Shown: positions 1 to 13,428 of the stretch, in pieces | Layout: each line of letters starts with the position of its first letter | Position numbering within the stretch: the first letter of the stretch is position 1 | Origin: Felis catus | Taxonomy: Eukaryota | DNA: 64,000 nucleotides | NCBI RefSeq assembly: GCF_018350175.1 | Contig: NC_058369.1 | Span: forward strand, 24,492,001 to 24,556,000 | Reading direction: 5' to 3' | Made by a program: the position numbers and the translations under genes | The notes under the pieces: model-generated | What the model saw: only the letters and a program-made list of their open reading frames with translations | Told to the model about the DNA's origin: nothing | The model's database searches: none

Positions 1-427
1 ACCATCAGTTAATGAAGCACTGCATACATATACTCCACATCGGAAAGCAGTTCCAAGGACAGCATTCCAAAGTCAGCTATAACAACAAACAACAGATGTC
101 CTAAAGAGGCACAGATATTTCCTCCCCACACCCAAACTGTTTAAAAAGGGGGAAAAAAAATAAACCAAAAAAAAAAAAGTGTGACCAGATAGGTAAACTA
201 TCAATGAGCTAAAAAAATTTCAAGTTTCCAATGAAGGCAAAAGAGCACCAAAAAAAAAAAAAAAAAAAAAGACAAATCATTCTCATTTTTTACAAAAAAA
301 GGCACCAGATAAATTTCCCTCTGTACAACTGCCAGGCCCACAGGCAGCTCTTCAACACAAAGATGATGAAACCAGAAAGATTTCCATAAGGGAGCAGATA
401 CTTCCAAGTAGCAAATTTCTAATTTTT

Positions 428-651
428 TCTTTTTTTTTTTTTTTAAGTTTATATATGTATTTTGAGAGACACAGAGACAGAGTGAGTTGGGGGTGGGGCA
501 GAGAGAGAGAGGGAGAGAGAGAATTCCAAGCAGGTTCTGTGCTGCCAGTGCAGGGACGAATGTGGGGCCCAAACTCACAAAACCACAAGATCATGACCTG
601 AGCCAAAACCAAGAGTCAGACATTTAACCCACTGAGCCACCCAAGTGCCCC
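428..651 (-). mobile_element. Can-SINE (SINEC, tRNA-derived)
   Basis: Reverse complement begins GGGGCACTTGGGTGGCTCAG and has the (CT)n tract and A tail. Flanks caaatttctaattttt / caaatttccattttt resemble a TSD. Confidence 0.92.
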
Positions 652-1200
652 ACAAATTTCCATTTTTAAATAAGCATATTTATTGTTATTTTCTCCAGTT
701 ACAATAATGTGAATAGTTGTTAAATACTAAATTCTAGTTTCTAAACTCCTATAATTGAGGCGACACAGCCTCCAATCAGGGTAAGATAGGGTAAGGGTAT
801 GTACCCTCCACCCCCAGCCCCCAGCACCAAATTACTAAAATCCATCAACTTAGGGCAAAACAGGACTGAGACATCTGGCTGAAATGAGACCACTGTGGCC
901 AGATCTGAAGGGGAATAAGTGTGTTTCCCACCATCATGGCAGGCTATGTACTTATGTATTTATTTATAACTTCTACTTCACCTGTTTTTAGAAAGACTCT
1001 GAGGATCCTGGCCAATGAGCTGCCTAAAAAACAGTCCTGCAATTTCTTTACACATTTTCTTTACATCCTGAAAAAGTGTAATGGAAAAACCACGCTCTCA
1101 TCCAAACCATCCGGAATACACATAACGATAGCAAAGATGATGAAGTAATCCAATGGTTCCCACCTGATCCTTACCTTGTCCCTACCATGGCATACAGGAG

Positions 1201-1311
1201 TAGGGTGACCAACTCCGCCTGATTTGTCCAGCACTTTTCCAGTTTATAAACTGGAATCCCACATCCTGGAACCTCCTCACTCCTAGGCGCCTGGAATAGT
1301 CAGTCATCCTA
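1201..1311. mobile_element. MER81-like hAT-Blackjack MITE
   Basis: Starts TAGGGTGACCAAC and ends GTCATCCTA (terminal inverted repeats); ~110 bp. Confidence 0.75.
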
Positions 1312-1989
1312 CACAGAAACAGTGACATTCACACATCCCCATGGCGGTGTCCAGAGATGTGGTTACATACAACCCCTTGTCTTTTTAGCTCAGGGAAATA
1401 TAAATATGAGTGGGAATCTTGTCAGTCAGACTTGGATTCAAATTCCATTCCCTCCACTTCCCAGCACTGTGAACTTAACCTCTCTAAGCCCTAGTTGCTA
1501 CACTTATAAAGATAACAACACAACCTCCTTCAGAGAACTAGGGGTCCAAACTTTCTATTATATGAGCTATCTAATATTGCATCTCATATTTATATCATTT
1601 TATTTTATAATATAACCACATAATTTAATTTTAACACATTATTTGCAAATTTCATTACCCTAACTACTAAGAACAAATCATTTCCCCCACAACTCACAAC
1701 TTAGGCTCACAGTTGAGAGCTCTAGCATTAATAACCATAAGAATGACATCAACACCAAAATATCCAGTGCGATCCTTCTTTGCAATCCAGTCAAAATGAC
1801 CAATTTTGGCACATCTGGACCCAAAAAGAAAAATAACCCAGGAGTTTACCACGTGTACAAAAAAGTAGGTTTTCTTCTACCTGGTTCCCTGTCAGTAACT
1901 GCATTCTCTCTTTTCTGCCCTGCCCATCTAGAAGAGCTCTCTGTTATCTGCATCAACAATACTACTGCATCTAAAAAGATCAAGTTGAA

Positions 1990-2900
1990 AATAGCCAAGT
2001 TATGGAAGCACTTAAGTGTTCATCCACAGATGAATGGATAAAGAAGAGGTGAAATACAGTTACACCTATATATATATATATATATAAAATATTAATGATA
2101 TACAGTTACACACACACATACATATATATATACACATTTATATATAATGGAATAGATATTTTTATGGCTGGGTAATATTCCACCATATATGTTATATATG
2201 TTATATATATGAATATGTATATGTGTGTATACATATATATATATATATATAAAATGTAACATATATATAGAACATATAATGGAATATTACTCAGCCATAA
2301 AAAAGAATAAGATCTTGCCATTTGGGACAACCTAGAGGGTACAATGCTAAAATAAGTTAGTCAGAAAAAGACAAATACCATATTATTTGTGGAATTTACT
2401 TGTGGAATTTACTTACTTGTGGAATTTACGAAACAAAACAAACAAATTTAAAGAAGGAGAGATTAAAAAAAACAGACTCTTAAATACAGAGAACAAACTG
2501 GCAGTCTCCAGAGGGAAGGCAGGTAGGGGGAATGGGTGAAATAGGTGAAAGGGATTAAGAGCACACTTACCTTTTTTTTTTTAATTTTTTTTTAACGTTT
2601 ATTTATTTTTGAGACAGAGAGAGACAGAGCATGAACGGGGGAGGGGCAGAGAGAGAGGGAGACACAGAATCGGAAGCAGGCTCCAGGCTCTGAGCTGTCA
2701 GCACAGAGCCCAACGCGGGGCTCGAACTCACGGACCGTGAGATCATGACCTGAGCCGAAGTCGGACGCTTAACCGACTGAGCCACCCAGGCGCCCCAAGA
2801 GCACACTTATCTTGATGAGCACTGAGTAATGTATAGAATTGTTGAATCATTATATTGTACACCTAAAACTAATATAATACTTGAATAACTAAATAATAAA
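1990..2900 (+). mobile_element. Carnivore L1 3' end fragment, interrupted by (TA)n and a SINE
   Basis: Motifs atagccaag...atgaatggataaagaag, ggaatattactcagccataaaaaagaat, aaagacaaatacca and gatgagcactgagtaatgtatagaattgttgaatc are typical of the L1 ORF2 end and 3'UTR. Confidence 0.85.
2574..2796 (-). mobile_element. Can-SINE (SINEC_Fc-type), CpG-rich, inserted in L1
   Basis: Full-length element. TSD AAGAGCACACTTA(C/T)CTT at 2557-2573 and 2797-2813. Confidence 0.95.
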
Positions 2901-3476
2901 GAGGCCAAGTTAAACAGACACGTTTCCTCTCAGTGACTATTCAAATGTAATTCCATGTAAAACAGCAGACTATCTCTAGAAAGAAATGGAGATGAAAGTG
3001 GAATAACAACAAGAACATGTGTAAAATGTGTCAACCCAAGGCATGACAGCAGATAAGCCAATAATGCCAACATGGCCAATGCTAAGTTATGTGTATAGTC
3101 CTCAAGTCCAAAAAACAAAGCCCTGAAGGAAAACATATACTATAGTGTAGTATAGCCTCATGTACAAAAGGGGTATCCCTGTCCCCATTTCTCTAGCACA
3201 ACTACCATGTCACTCACCTGCTTCATTTCTTAAATTATTTATCCTTCACATGGAAAGGATAGCAACATACACACACAGGCATTAGTGATAGCTTCAAGAT
3301 GAAAGGTATATTCAAGGACCTCTTTTAGGGAGGATTCTATTTTCATATGCATGAAATGTGCAAATTAAACAAACTATACTTTTCTTATGGCTCTCGACCA
3401 CATTATGACTTCTGGGATAATGATTTGTATTACTTTGCCCACCAGAGTAGAAGCTTCCAAAGAAATGTGTGATGGC

Positions 3477-3727
3477 AGGGCTGCCACTAGCTTATATGGC
3501 ACCTTTGTGCAAATTATAAAAGGAACTCTCTTCCTCAAAACACTTTACTTCTGACTTTTCTGACTGCCAGAAAATTGTTACAATATGATTTTGTTGGAAC
3601 AAGGGGCTGTGTTGCCATATTCTGACACACTGCAGTAATATACATGTAAGTATATGATGTCCATGATATACATGGCACCCCCAGAGTTGTGCAGTGCTCT
3701 ATCTACACAACTATACGTTGGTTCTGG
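3477..3727. mobile_element. MER91-like hAT-Tip100 relic
   Basis: cagggctgcc...ggcacctttgtgcaaatta and ggcacccccagagttgtgcagtgc...cacaact motifs. Confidence 0.55.
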
Positions 3728-3894
3728 GCAATGTCCCTTCATCTTCATTGAATCACAGCACTTCAGATAAACTACTTGTGATTTGCCTAAAAACTGTCCT
3801 GACAAGTCCGATATACATACCGCTTGTGTGGGTGTGTGATTGCATGCATGCATGTATGTATCCATAGTACATATTATTTTTTAATAAACTTTGC

Positions 3895-3908
3895 AAAAAA
3901 AAAGAAAG

Positions 3909-4003
<95 letters not shown>

Positions 4004-4006
4004 AAA
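3895..4006 (+). repeat. (GAAA)n microsatellite
   Basis: Long perfect GAAA run read directly from the sequence. Confidence 0.97.
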
Positions 4007-4689
4007 GAGAGAGAATGGTCTGCCAGGTTAGATTACTGGCCCAAAGCCATGAGAACAGCTATTCTTGATATATCAGGATAAGAAATTTTTAAATACATGC
4101 TTTTATACCAAGGCAATGTCATAGTGAGAGAAAGAGGAAAAGAGGAAAATTTGGAGTTCCAGAGCAATCAATTTATTCCCAAGGCAAAAGTATTTATTCT
4201 TACCCTACATGATCAAAAATTTTACTAATGGTCATAAAAATAATTGTCCCATTTCAAAAAACACTTGCTATAGTACAGGAATAAAGTTTACTATGTGAGC
4301 TTCTTCTTCCTTAAATAGTTTTATGTTTAGCTGCCATCAACTTCACCTTTCCCACCTTCAGATTCTGGCCTCTAAATGAGACCATTAAGAGTTCACAAGG
4401 CCCAGGATAATGGGTTTTCCAGAAACGAGATCCCAGTTTCCCAAGCAATGGGAAGGCCAGACCACAAGAACCACAGCTTAAAGAAAGTAAATAATTCAAA
4501 AATAAAAGTCTGTAAACAGGCAGGTTTTTTATGACCTGCTCAACTTGCAGAGCACTGACTCAGACGTATCGCTTTTCCTCATCCTCTTATATCATCACTA
4601 CAAGTAACAGTGAATGCAGCAAGGCCAAGAAAAACAGCTTTATAAAGAGAGGGAAGGAAGCCAGCCCAGTGAGATTCTAATAATGGCCA

Positions 4690-4870
4690 GGTGCCCTTTT
4701 CCTGGGTTCTCTCACTTTACTCTCACAACATAGATTTTCTTAGTCCCATTTTACAAAGAAGCAAGCTGAGTCTGAGAGAGGCTGAACAACTTGCCTAACG
4801 TCACACAGTTAGTAACAGTAAGCCATGTCTGGCTCCACAGCTTTTGCCTTTCTGCTATACCACACTGCTC
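4690..4870 (-). mobile_element. MIR fragment
   Basis: MIR core: cccattttacaaagaagcaagctgag...acttgcctaacgtcacacagttagtaa. Confidence 0.7.
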
Positions 4871-4889
4871 TGAGCAGAGCTTCAGGTCA

Positions 4890-5052
4890 GCACTTACCAA
4901 ACCTTCATATGCTCACAGGTCTCCTGAAGATCTTGTTATTAAGCAGATTCTGATTCCAGATGCCTGGGGTGGAGGCTGAGATGCTGCATTTCTAATTGTG
5001 GTTAGACAATTATAACTAAAAGTATTGGACCACACTTTGAGTATCAAGGCTT
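4890..5052. mobile_element. MER5-like hAT-Charlie MITE
   Basis: gatcttgtta...gcagattctgattc...ggctgagatgctgcatttctaa...ggaccacactttgagta. Confidence 0.75.
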
Positions 5053-5058
5053 CTGAAC

Positions 5059-5300
5059 AGTGGTTCTCAACTGGAGACAATTTTGTACCCTCCCCCCCCC
5101 CCCCACCAGGGGACATCTGGCAATGTCTGAGGACATTTTTGATAGTTACAACTGGGGGAATATGATTCTACTGAATTTTGTAGGTGGAGGTCAGTGATGT
5201 TGCTAAACATTCTACGATATACAGGATGCACCCCACACCACCACCAAAGAATTATCCATCCCAGAATGTCAACAGTGTGACACGCAGTTGAGGAACTCTG
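5059..5300. mobile_element. MER20 hAT-Charlie MITE
   Basis: cagtggttctcaac...ggggacatctggcaatgtctg...gacatttttg...tgctaaacattctac...aatgtcaacagtg...gttgaggaactctg. Confidence 0.85.
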
Positions 5301-5921
5301 CTTCAGAGGTCCCAAGTTCATTTAATCTTCTTCCAAAGCTGTTTAGTTTTGCAAACCTGCACTGGGGTCAAAGGTAGCTCTAGTATTTCTTAACTTCTCC
5401 TTAAAGTCTGGTAGAAAAGTTGATGCCACGCAAGTGATGACTACAATACGATAAAGTTTAATTTCCTCACAAATATTCCACCATCGTACTGAAGAAAATC
5501 AAATCAGCTGATTACAAAGAAGCATTTCACAAACTGCCTAGAGTTTCTGTAAGGTCCTTGTTTCTTAGCACTGGAGTTCACAATTGAAAAAGCAAAAGAT
5601 AAGATTATTTTTAGATGCAAATTTTATAATTTCCTGTTCTGGCAGTTCAAACATTTACCCTGATGGATCACACAAAACCATCTCTTACTATCCAGCATTA
5701 GTTATTGCTCCCCACCACCAATAGTGCTGGGATATTGTAGTGCTTTGTTCCCAGCATCCACTCAATTCCCAAAATTCAGTAAAGAAACCAGTCATTCATC
5801 TACATCTTTAATATTTATGGCATAGAAACACTAGTTCAATTTAGTATTTTTCCTGAAGTAACCATACTTTATTGTCTTCAAATGTCATTTTGTTTGAATA
5901 TAGCATATACATTAGAAAGAC

Positions 5922-5973
5922 GAGCACTGGGTGTTGTATGGAAACCAATTTGACGATAAATTTCATATTTTAA
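5922..5973 (+). mobile_element. Extremely 5'-truncated felid L1 (last ~50 nt)
   Basis: gagcactgggtgttgtatggaaaccaatttgacgataaatttcatat is nearly identical to the 3' end of the L1 at 9910-9956. Confidence 0.85.
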
Positions 5974-6012
5974 ATTAATTAATTAATTAATTTATTTATG
6001 GTCAACACTACC

Positions 6013-6111
6013 AAAAGGAAAGGAAAGGAAAGGAAAGGAAAGGAAAGGAAAGGAAAGGAAAGGAAAGGAAAGGAAAGGAAAGGAAAGGAAAGGAAAGGAA
6101 AGGAAAGGAAA

Positions 6112-6192
<81 letters not shown>
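6013..6192 (+). repeat. Compound (GGAAA)n(GAAA)n microsatellite
   Basis: Read directly from the sequence. Confidence 0.97.
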
Positions 6193-6193
<1 letters not shown>

Positions 6194-6399
6194 CTGTACA
6201 TTTGCATACAACTAGGGGTGGTGTAAATTAAGGTTTGGTTAAAATCATATAGCTTTTTCAGGGAGGTGGGATCTATGTGTGTCACATCTTATGGGTTGTT
6301 ATCATATACCAAGGACAGTGCTAGATCCTATGAATGGTCTTTGCCTGGATATTCGCAGTCAAGTAAATGGATATTTAATAATTCCTATAAGAAATAAGC

Positions 6400-7600
6400 A
6401 TAGGCAGTCTAAGGTGAGAGAGAGTGAAAGTGAGGTCTTCTGAGAAGGTAATGCCTGGGCTGAATAATGCAGGACAAATATAGGTTGGTCAGGTAAAGAT
6501 GGAGAAGAAGAGTACCCCCAGACAATAGGGGAGCTGCATAAACATAAGCACAGAGCCCAGAAGCCAGTTACTGAGCAAAGCCAGAACTTGAGGTGACTGG
6601 AGCAGAGCAGAGAGAAAGAGCAAGAAACGAGACTGGACAAGCAGGAAAGAGCCTTGCAAGCCAGGCTCCGGAGTGTGTACTTGGTCTGCCTGGCAATGGA
6701 AGGTATGGAAAGGATAGACATGCATTTTTCAAAGATGATTATGATAGCAGCATAAAGAAGGAACCACAAGAGGCATAAAGCTGGGAGAGCAGTTAAGAGG
6801 ACCGAGCCAAAGGTAAGAGCAATGGAAATGAAAAGCCACAAGATCTAAAAATTTGCAGGAGAGAACAAGATTTAGTGATACAGTGGATGTAGGGGATGTG
6901 GTAGGCTGAAAAATGGCCCCCCAAAGATGGCCACATCCTAATCCCCAAAACCTGTGTATATGTTACCTTACATGGCAAGGACTCTGCAAATACATTACGT
7001 TAAAGATCTTGAGATGAGAAGATTATCCCAGATTATCTGGATGGGCTCAATGGAAGCACAGGGGTCCACCTAAGAGGGAGGTGAAAGGGTCAGCCAGAGG
7101 GAAGGAAATGTAACAACAGAAGCAGAGGTCATAGAAAGAGAGATTTAAGGATATAGGAAGGGGCCACGAGCCAAGGATTGCAGCTGGCCTCTAAAGGTTT
7201 TGAAAGGCAAGGAAATGAATTCTCCCCTAGAGCCTCCAGAAGGGACACAGGCCTGCCAACACACTGATTTTAGCACAGTGAAACTGATTTCAGACTTCTG
7301 ACCCCCAGAATTATATGAGGATATGCTGTAAACCAATAAGTTCATGGTAATATGTTACAGCAGCAATAGGAAACTAATACAGGAGTGATGGAGAAAGGGA
7401 AACTGATGATGACTCCCAGTATCTGGCTTGGGTTGGGAGCTAAACAGTGGTGACAGTCATTGAGACAGAGACACAGGAGGAAGAACAAGAAGTTCCATTC
7501 TGGACAGGCTAAGATATCTCCGCAACCCACAAGTTGCTCACTAGAAACTTACATATATGGCCCTAATGCTCAGGAGACATGTCCACATTGGGGATAGAAT
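6400..7600 (-). mobile_element. L2 relic, split by an MLT1 LTR
   Basis: Purine-rich L2-like motifs (gtgaaagtgag...ggtaatgcctgggctga, gatgactcccag...tggcttggg, gttccattctggaca) lie on both sides of the LTR. Confidence 0.6.
6897..7381 (+). mobile_element. MLT1 (ERVL-MaLR) solo LTR, MLT1D/C-like
   Basis: TGTGGTAGGCTGAAAAATGGCCCCC...atgttaccttacatggcaa...ttacagcagcaataggaaactaataCA, with TG...CA ends. Confidence 0.88.
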
Positions 7601-8020
7601 TTTCTACAAACTGGGTACTCAGTATGTGTTTAATTAGGTCCAATGAATTTTCATCTTCTTTTAATAAAAAGGTTAGCTACAGGAATATTACCACTACTAT
7701 TATAATGAGATAAAATATGCTATGAGGAGTAATTATTTCTATAGGCAAGAATGGGATAGTGGAAGAACTCTATTCACATTCTAACTCTAACATGGTAGCT
7801 ATGTTACCCTGCAAAAGTCACACCTGCTCTGTGTCTCAGTGTCCTCATCTATAAACAGAGGATAAATCTTAACTGAGATTAAATGTATAATGAGTGACTG
7901 GCACTTAGGTGAGTGCCAAGCACAAAGCAAGTACTCAGTAAAGGGTAGCCATTATAAGCTCTATTTGTTCACAATTCATTAAAAATATTTTGATGAATGA
8001 TAAGAATTTTTATGTCATCT

Positions 8021-9971
8021 TGACATGATATTATACATGGAAAATCCAATAGACTCCACCAAAAGTCTGCTAGAACTGATACACGAATTCAGCAAAGTTG
8101 CAGGATACAAAATCAATGTACAGAAATCAGTTGCATTCTTATACACTAATAATGAAGCAACAGAAAGACAAATAAAGAAACTGATCCCATTCACAATTGC
8201 ACCAAGAAGCATAAAATACCTAGGAATAAATCTCACCAAAGATGTACAAGATCTGTATGCTGAAAACTATAGAAAGCTTATGAAGGAAATTGAAGAAGAT
8301 ATAAAGAAATGGAAAAACATTCCGTGCTCATGGGTTGGAAGAATAAATATTGTTCAAATGTCAATACTACCCAAAGCTATCTACACATTCAATGCAATCC
8401 CAATCAAAATTGCACCAGCATTCTTCTCAAAGCTAGAACAAGCAATCCTAAAATTCATATGGAACTACAAAAGGCCCCGAATAGCCAAAGTAATTTTGAA
8501 GAAGACCAAAGCAGGAGGCATCACAATCCCAGATTTTAGCCTCTGCTACAAAGCTGTAATCATCAAGACAGCATGGTATTGGCATAAAAACAGACACATA
8601 GACCAATGGAATAGAATAGAAACCCCAGAACTAGACCCACAAAAGTATGGCCAACTAATCTTTGACAAAGCAGGAAAGAATATCCAATGGAAAAAAGACA
8701 GTCTCTTTAGCAAATGGTGCTGGGAGAACTGGACAGCAACATGCAGAAGAATGAAATTAGAACACTTTCTCACACCATTCACAAAAATTAACTCAAAATG
8801 GATAAAGAACTTGAATGTGAGACAGGAAACCACCAAAACACTAGAGACGAAAGCAGGAAAAGACCTCTCTGACCTCAGCCGCAGCCATTTCTTACTTGAC
8901 ACATCCCCAAAGGCAAGGGAATTAAAAGCAAAAATGAACGATTGGGACCTCATGAAGATAAAAAGCTTCTGCACAGCAAAGGAAACAATCAACAAAACTA
9001 AAAGGCAACCAACGGAATGGGAAAAGATATTTGCAAATGACATATCGGACAGAGGGCTAGTATCCAAAATCTATAAAAAGCTCACCAAACTCCACACCCA
9101 AAAAACAAATAATCCAGTGAAGAAATGGGCAGAAAATATGAATAGACACTTCTCTAAAGAAGACATTCAGATGGCCAACAGGCACATGAAAAGATTCTCC
9201 ACATCGCTCTTCATCAGGGAAATACAAATCAAAACCACACTCAGATATCACCTCACGCCAGTCAGAGTGGCCAAAATGAACAAATCAGGAGACTATAGAT
9301 GCTGGAGAGGATATGGAGAAACGGAACCCTCTTGCACTGTTGGTGGGAATGCAAATTGGTGCAGCCACTGTGGAAAACAGTGTGGAGGTTCCTCAAAAAA
9401 TTGAAAATAGACCTACCCTATGACCCAGCAGTAGCACTGCTAGGAATTTACCCAAAGGATACAGGAGTACTGACGCATAGGGGCACTTGTACCCCAATGT
9501 TTATAGCAGCACTTTCAACAATAGCCAAATTGTGGAAAAAGCCTAAATGTCCATCAACTGATGAATGGATAAAGAAATTGTGGTTTATATACACAATGGA
9601 GTACTACGTGGCAATGAGAAAGAATGAAATATGGCCCTTTGTAGCAATGTGGATGGAACTGGAGAGTGTTATGCTAAGTGAAATAAGCCATACAGAGAAA
9701 GACAGATACCATATGTTTTCACTCTTATGTGGATCCTGAGAAACTTAACAGAAAGCCATGGGGGAGGGGAAGGAAAAAAAGAGGTTAGAGTGGGAGAGAG
9801 AGCCAAAGCATAAGAGACTCTTAAAAACTGGGAACAAACTGAGGGTTGATGGGGGGTGGGAGGGAGGGGAGGGTAGGTGATGGGCATTGAAGAGGGCATC
9901 TTTTGGGATGAGCACTGGGTGTTGTATGGAAACTAATTTGACAATAAATTTCATATAATAAAAAAAAAAAA
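8021..9971 (+). mobile_element. Young 5'-truncated felid L1 (ORF2 from the RT motif to the C-terminus, 3'UTR, polyA), antisense to ERC2
   Basis: ORF 8025-9404 (459 aa) plus 9299-9739 encode the ORF2 C-terminal half with one frameshift near 9323. AATAAA and a pure A tail are present. A 19-bp TSD aagaa(tt/cg)tttatgtcatct lies at 8002-8020 and 9972-9990. Confidence 0.97.
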
Positions 9972-12900
9972 AAGAACGTTTATGTCATCTCAAAGGTTGT
10001 AACAACTTCTAATTATCTCATGTTTTCTTTCCCCAGTCATCTTCTATATACATCAAACACTTTGGTCATCTATTAAAGATGTGTAAGATGATCTCTCCTC
10101 ACAAGAGGCAGATATGTATCAATAATGATAAACCAGCAGTGAGCACCTACTGTGTGACAGGTGCTGGTGATATTAAAGGTTAATAAGATATGATTCCTGC
10201 ACTCAAGAAATGCACAGTCTTGAGATATAGATAGGTGGATAAACATATAGATATAAAGATAGTAAAGTAACATTTAATGAGCACCTACAATGTGCCAGCC
10301 CTTACATGTATTCATGTATTACATATAATTCATCTATTACATGCATTACATTTAAGTTTATTCAAACCCTGTGAACTAGGTATTTACAACACAATATAAT
10401 CCAGTCTATAACATTCTGAAGCAATAAAAAAGTGAGCCCAGGATGGTGCAGAGAAGGTCACTTTCAAGTTTGCACAGCTCAGTACAAACACCTGTGCCCC
10501 AACAAGTGACCTATAAAATGCCACCAAGTGAGGTTTGATTCTGAAAAGAGAAGTCAATGGTTTGTAAAGGGAGCATGGACTTGCTTTACAAGGAGACCAA
10601 CTGATGTGACCATAACTCTTGTTCATCCCCTCCTCACCTTTCTTCAAAGAAACATAAATGACATTTGTTGAGCCAAGTCTCATGCAAAGTGCTTTGTATA
10701 GGTCATTTCATTTAAGACCAAAGAAGAATAAACTTGCACAGGTGGATGGAAGGGTTTTACAGGAAGCACAGAAAATTGCTGGCTAAAATTATATTGGGCC
10801 AGAAGTCTCCTATAAATTTCACTAGCATTCTTAGGTCTCTTGCAAAAGCCCAGAACTTCTACTTGGAACACAACAAGAGAGACAATTAACCCCATAAAAC
10901 AATGCATATGAAATGCAAAGGGAAGGAAATGATTGAGGTTAAAATAAAAGAGAAGGAAACCAACTTAATAAGAGAAAGAATAAGATTTTAAATGAAATCA
11001 TAATGTGAGCCACATCAGAAACCTAAATAGAAAAGGAAAGTGTCAAAGAAAACAAATCACAGAGACAGACAGGAGCTGGGTGGGAAGAAATGACTAGAAA
11101 TTATTTTGACTTTTCTACAGAACAGTAGGTACAATGGTTCTCATTTCTGAGGTCACATCCCTCCTGAGGCCTTAGGCAAGCTACTTAGCTTCCCTGATGA
11201 AGTAATGGGACAATGTCAGCACCTACACCTCACAGGGTTGCTCTGAGGAGTAACTGAGTACAGGACTGAGCTTCATGCCTGCACCAGACAGCCTTCTATT
11301 TTTTACCAGTGGCAGCAACAACACTGATGATTTATGCTATTAGCAGCACCCTGCCAGGGCCTCCCAAGATGACACTCCATCAACCTTTCTCTCTGTGTGT
11401 GACAGCCCTCAGACAGACCGTGCCACACAGATTTCTCAAGAGGGTACTGTGATTTCAGGAAGTGTGGTCATTTTAGACCATTCTCCTGAAGTCCCCTCCC
11501 ATTTGTGTCTGTGAGGCAACCAAGCAAGAAGCCAGCATGCAAAGATAACCACAGCCTACAAAGAGGGGAAAACATAATGAGTTCTTCCAAGAGATTTCAA
11601 GCCTTCTGGAGAATCATGTGTCATCACGTGTCAGAAGTCCCTGCTCAGCATAAGCATCCTCAAATCTCCACTAAACTCCAGTTATCCCTCTCCCTGTAAC
11701 AATTGCTCAAGAGGCAGCCTAAGAATATCCATTGAGGTTAGCACCTGGCAGGTTTTTAAGGAGTCTCAAGCTTCCAGTGTGGAATTGGCAAAGATCCAGT
11801 CATGTGCAACATTTTGTCTTTTAAAGCAACTACAGCTTGAGTCCTTAAAACCATCTAAATCTTGACATGCATCATAAAAGTACTGCAACAGAGACTCTTG
11901 GCAGGAACACCACTGGGTATCATGAAGCTATGGTGGAGTACCTACATTAAGTGTTATTTCTGCTGTCTAAGGCACAGTCAGGTTTTGCGTCTTCTTTGCT
12001 GTATGAACTCTGACAGAAGGACGAAGATCTCCATTGCCCTTTCAAAGAAAATCACCTTGCAATGCATTCCTATTTGGATGTGGATGGAAAAAAAGCAATG
12101 CTTTAAAGATCATTTGTCTAAACCAGGATTAATTTCCAGCATGCTAAAAAGTGCTCACAGGTGGTGAGGGAGCTCTTCATTCCAGGTTCAAGTGATTAAA
12201 TCTAAAGAGGTTTTCTTTTTAGCAACTATTTAGAAAAATATGTTTAAGTCTGGCCAAGAAATATAAAAAGAAAGTGGCACTAATAAACCCAAAAGAAGCT
12301 AAGGTTAGAGAAGCAGCTGATCTCCACAAATAGGTTTCTGAGTGGGGGAGATATTGAGTGTTGATAAAGCACTTTCTTTGTGTATGATCACTGGCCCCAA
12401 TATGCAGCACTTGAAGAACAGAGAAACTCTGCCACTCATCCGTGGAATTCTCCGCAAGAAGAGACCTTTCCTCCATTAATAACTTTTTAAAACATGCACT
12501 AATTCATGCTGGCAGTCCAAATCCTCCCATGAAACCTCATTAAGTGAAGTTTAAACATATATAAGTTCAAACATATATGCAGGATATGTTGAGTTCAAAC
12601 ATACATGTGGGATAAAGAGAAAAAACTCAAGTCTAGAGAAAATTGGGGAAGGGGGAAGGAGAGCAAACAAAATCCTATAGTCTAGACTTAAAGTTTTAGA
12701 ATCAGGAAAAAAGGGCTAAACTAGAGGACTTGGTCAAGTGGGTCAAAAAATAAAGGTTTCAACTGCATAAAAAGCTAAATATGAGTTCAGACTTTTTAGT
12801 GCAATATACATAAATACTTGCTGCTATTTTAATATTTGCCTTTACTTGAGCTTTAGTAGGACTCTGCCTGAGGCAAGATTTTTTTAATAGTAATAATAAA

Positions 12901-13426
12901 AATACTTAATAGTATTTAGAGCAAAGCATGTGTGGTCATGATGTTTTAAAGGGGAGAAAGAAAGGTAATTCTGAACATCTGTGCTACATTTCCACACGAT
13001 AAAACTACCACACTCCAAAATTATTCTGAAGTTTGATGGAGCTGGGGAAGGGGTGGATAACAGCTCATGTAGAGAAATGTTTATTGAAAAAACAGAAAGG
13101 GAGACTCAGAGGCCATCTGGGGGAAAGCAGGGACAACAACCTTTACCGTAAAATAGAACTGCTGATTAACAGTGAGAGTACAGTAGTCAAAAAGGGAAGT
13201 TATGTGTCTTCTCAGATCCATAATTATTAACTCCATAAATACTCCAGAGAATCAAACATCTTTTATTTTCACAAAGTCCCGACCTTCCCACTTGGTATCT
13301 TAGATCAAAACACCACCCCAAACCCTCCCTTAAATTTATTTTCTAGGACTTGCCTAATTCCCAACCCCACCTTTCCTGAGAGGGAAGGAGTGAGGGAGGG
13401 GGAGTCAGAAGTAGTTTCTTTCTCAA

Positions 13427-13428
<2 letters not shown>

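Noticed and set aside
2387..2430. Three copies of ttgtggaatttac resembling a short array
   Set aside because: Slippage triplication inside an L1 3'UTR; no unique spacers, not CRISPR.
2603..2806. Recurrent GAWVAQSV.../RERQSMNGGGAERE ORFs here and at many other sites
   Set aside because: Translations of Can-SINE bodies, not genes.
3824..6285. KERK/FLSF-repeat ORFs
   Set aside because: Translations of (GAAA)n/(GGAAA)n microsatellites.
6359..6841. 160-aa hydrophobic minus-strand ORF
   Set aside because: Lies in an L2 relic, resembles no protein I recognise, and has no convincing splice signals.
8546..9067. 173-aa minus-strand ORF
   Set aside because: Antisense shadow of L1 ORF2.
12549..12610. 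Triple agtt(t/c)aaacata motif
   Set aside because: Short degenerate local duplication with no supporting function.
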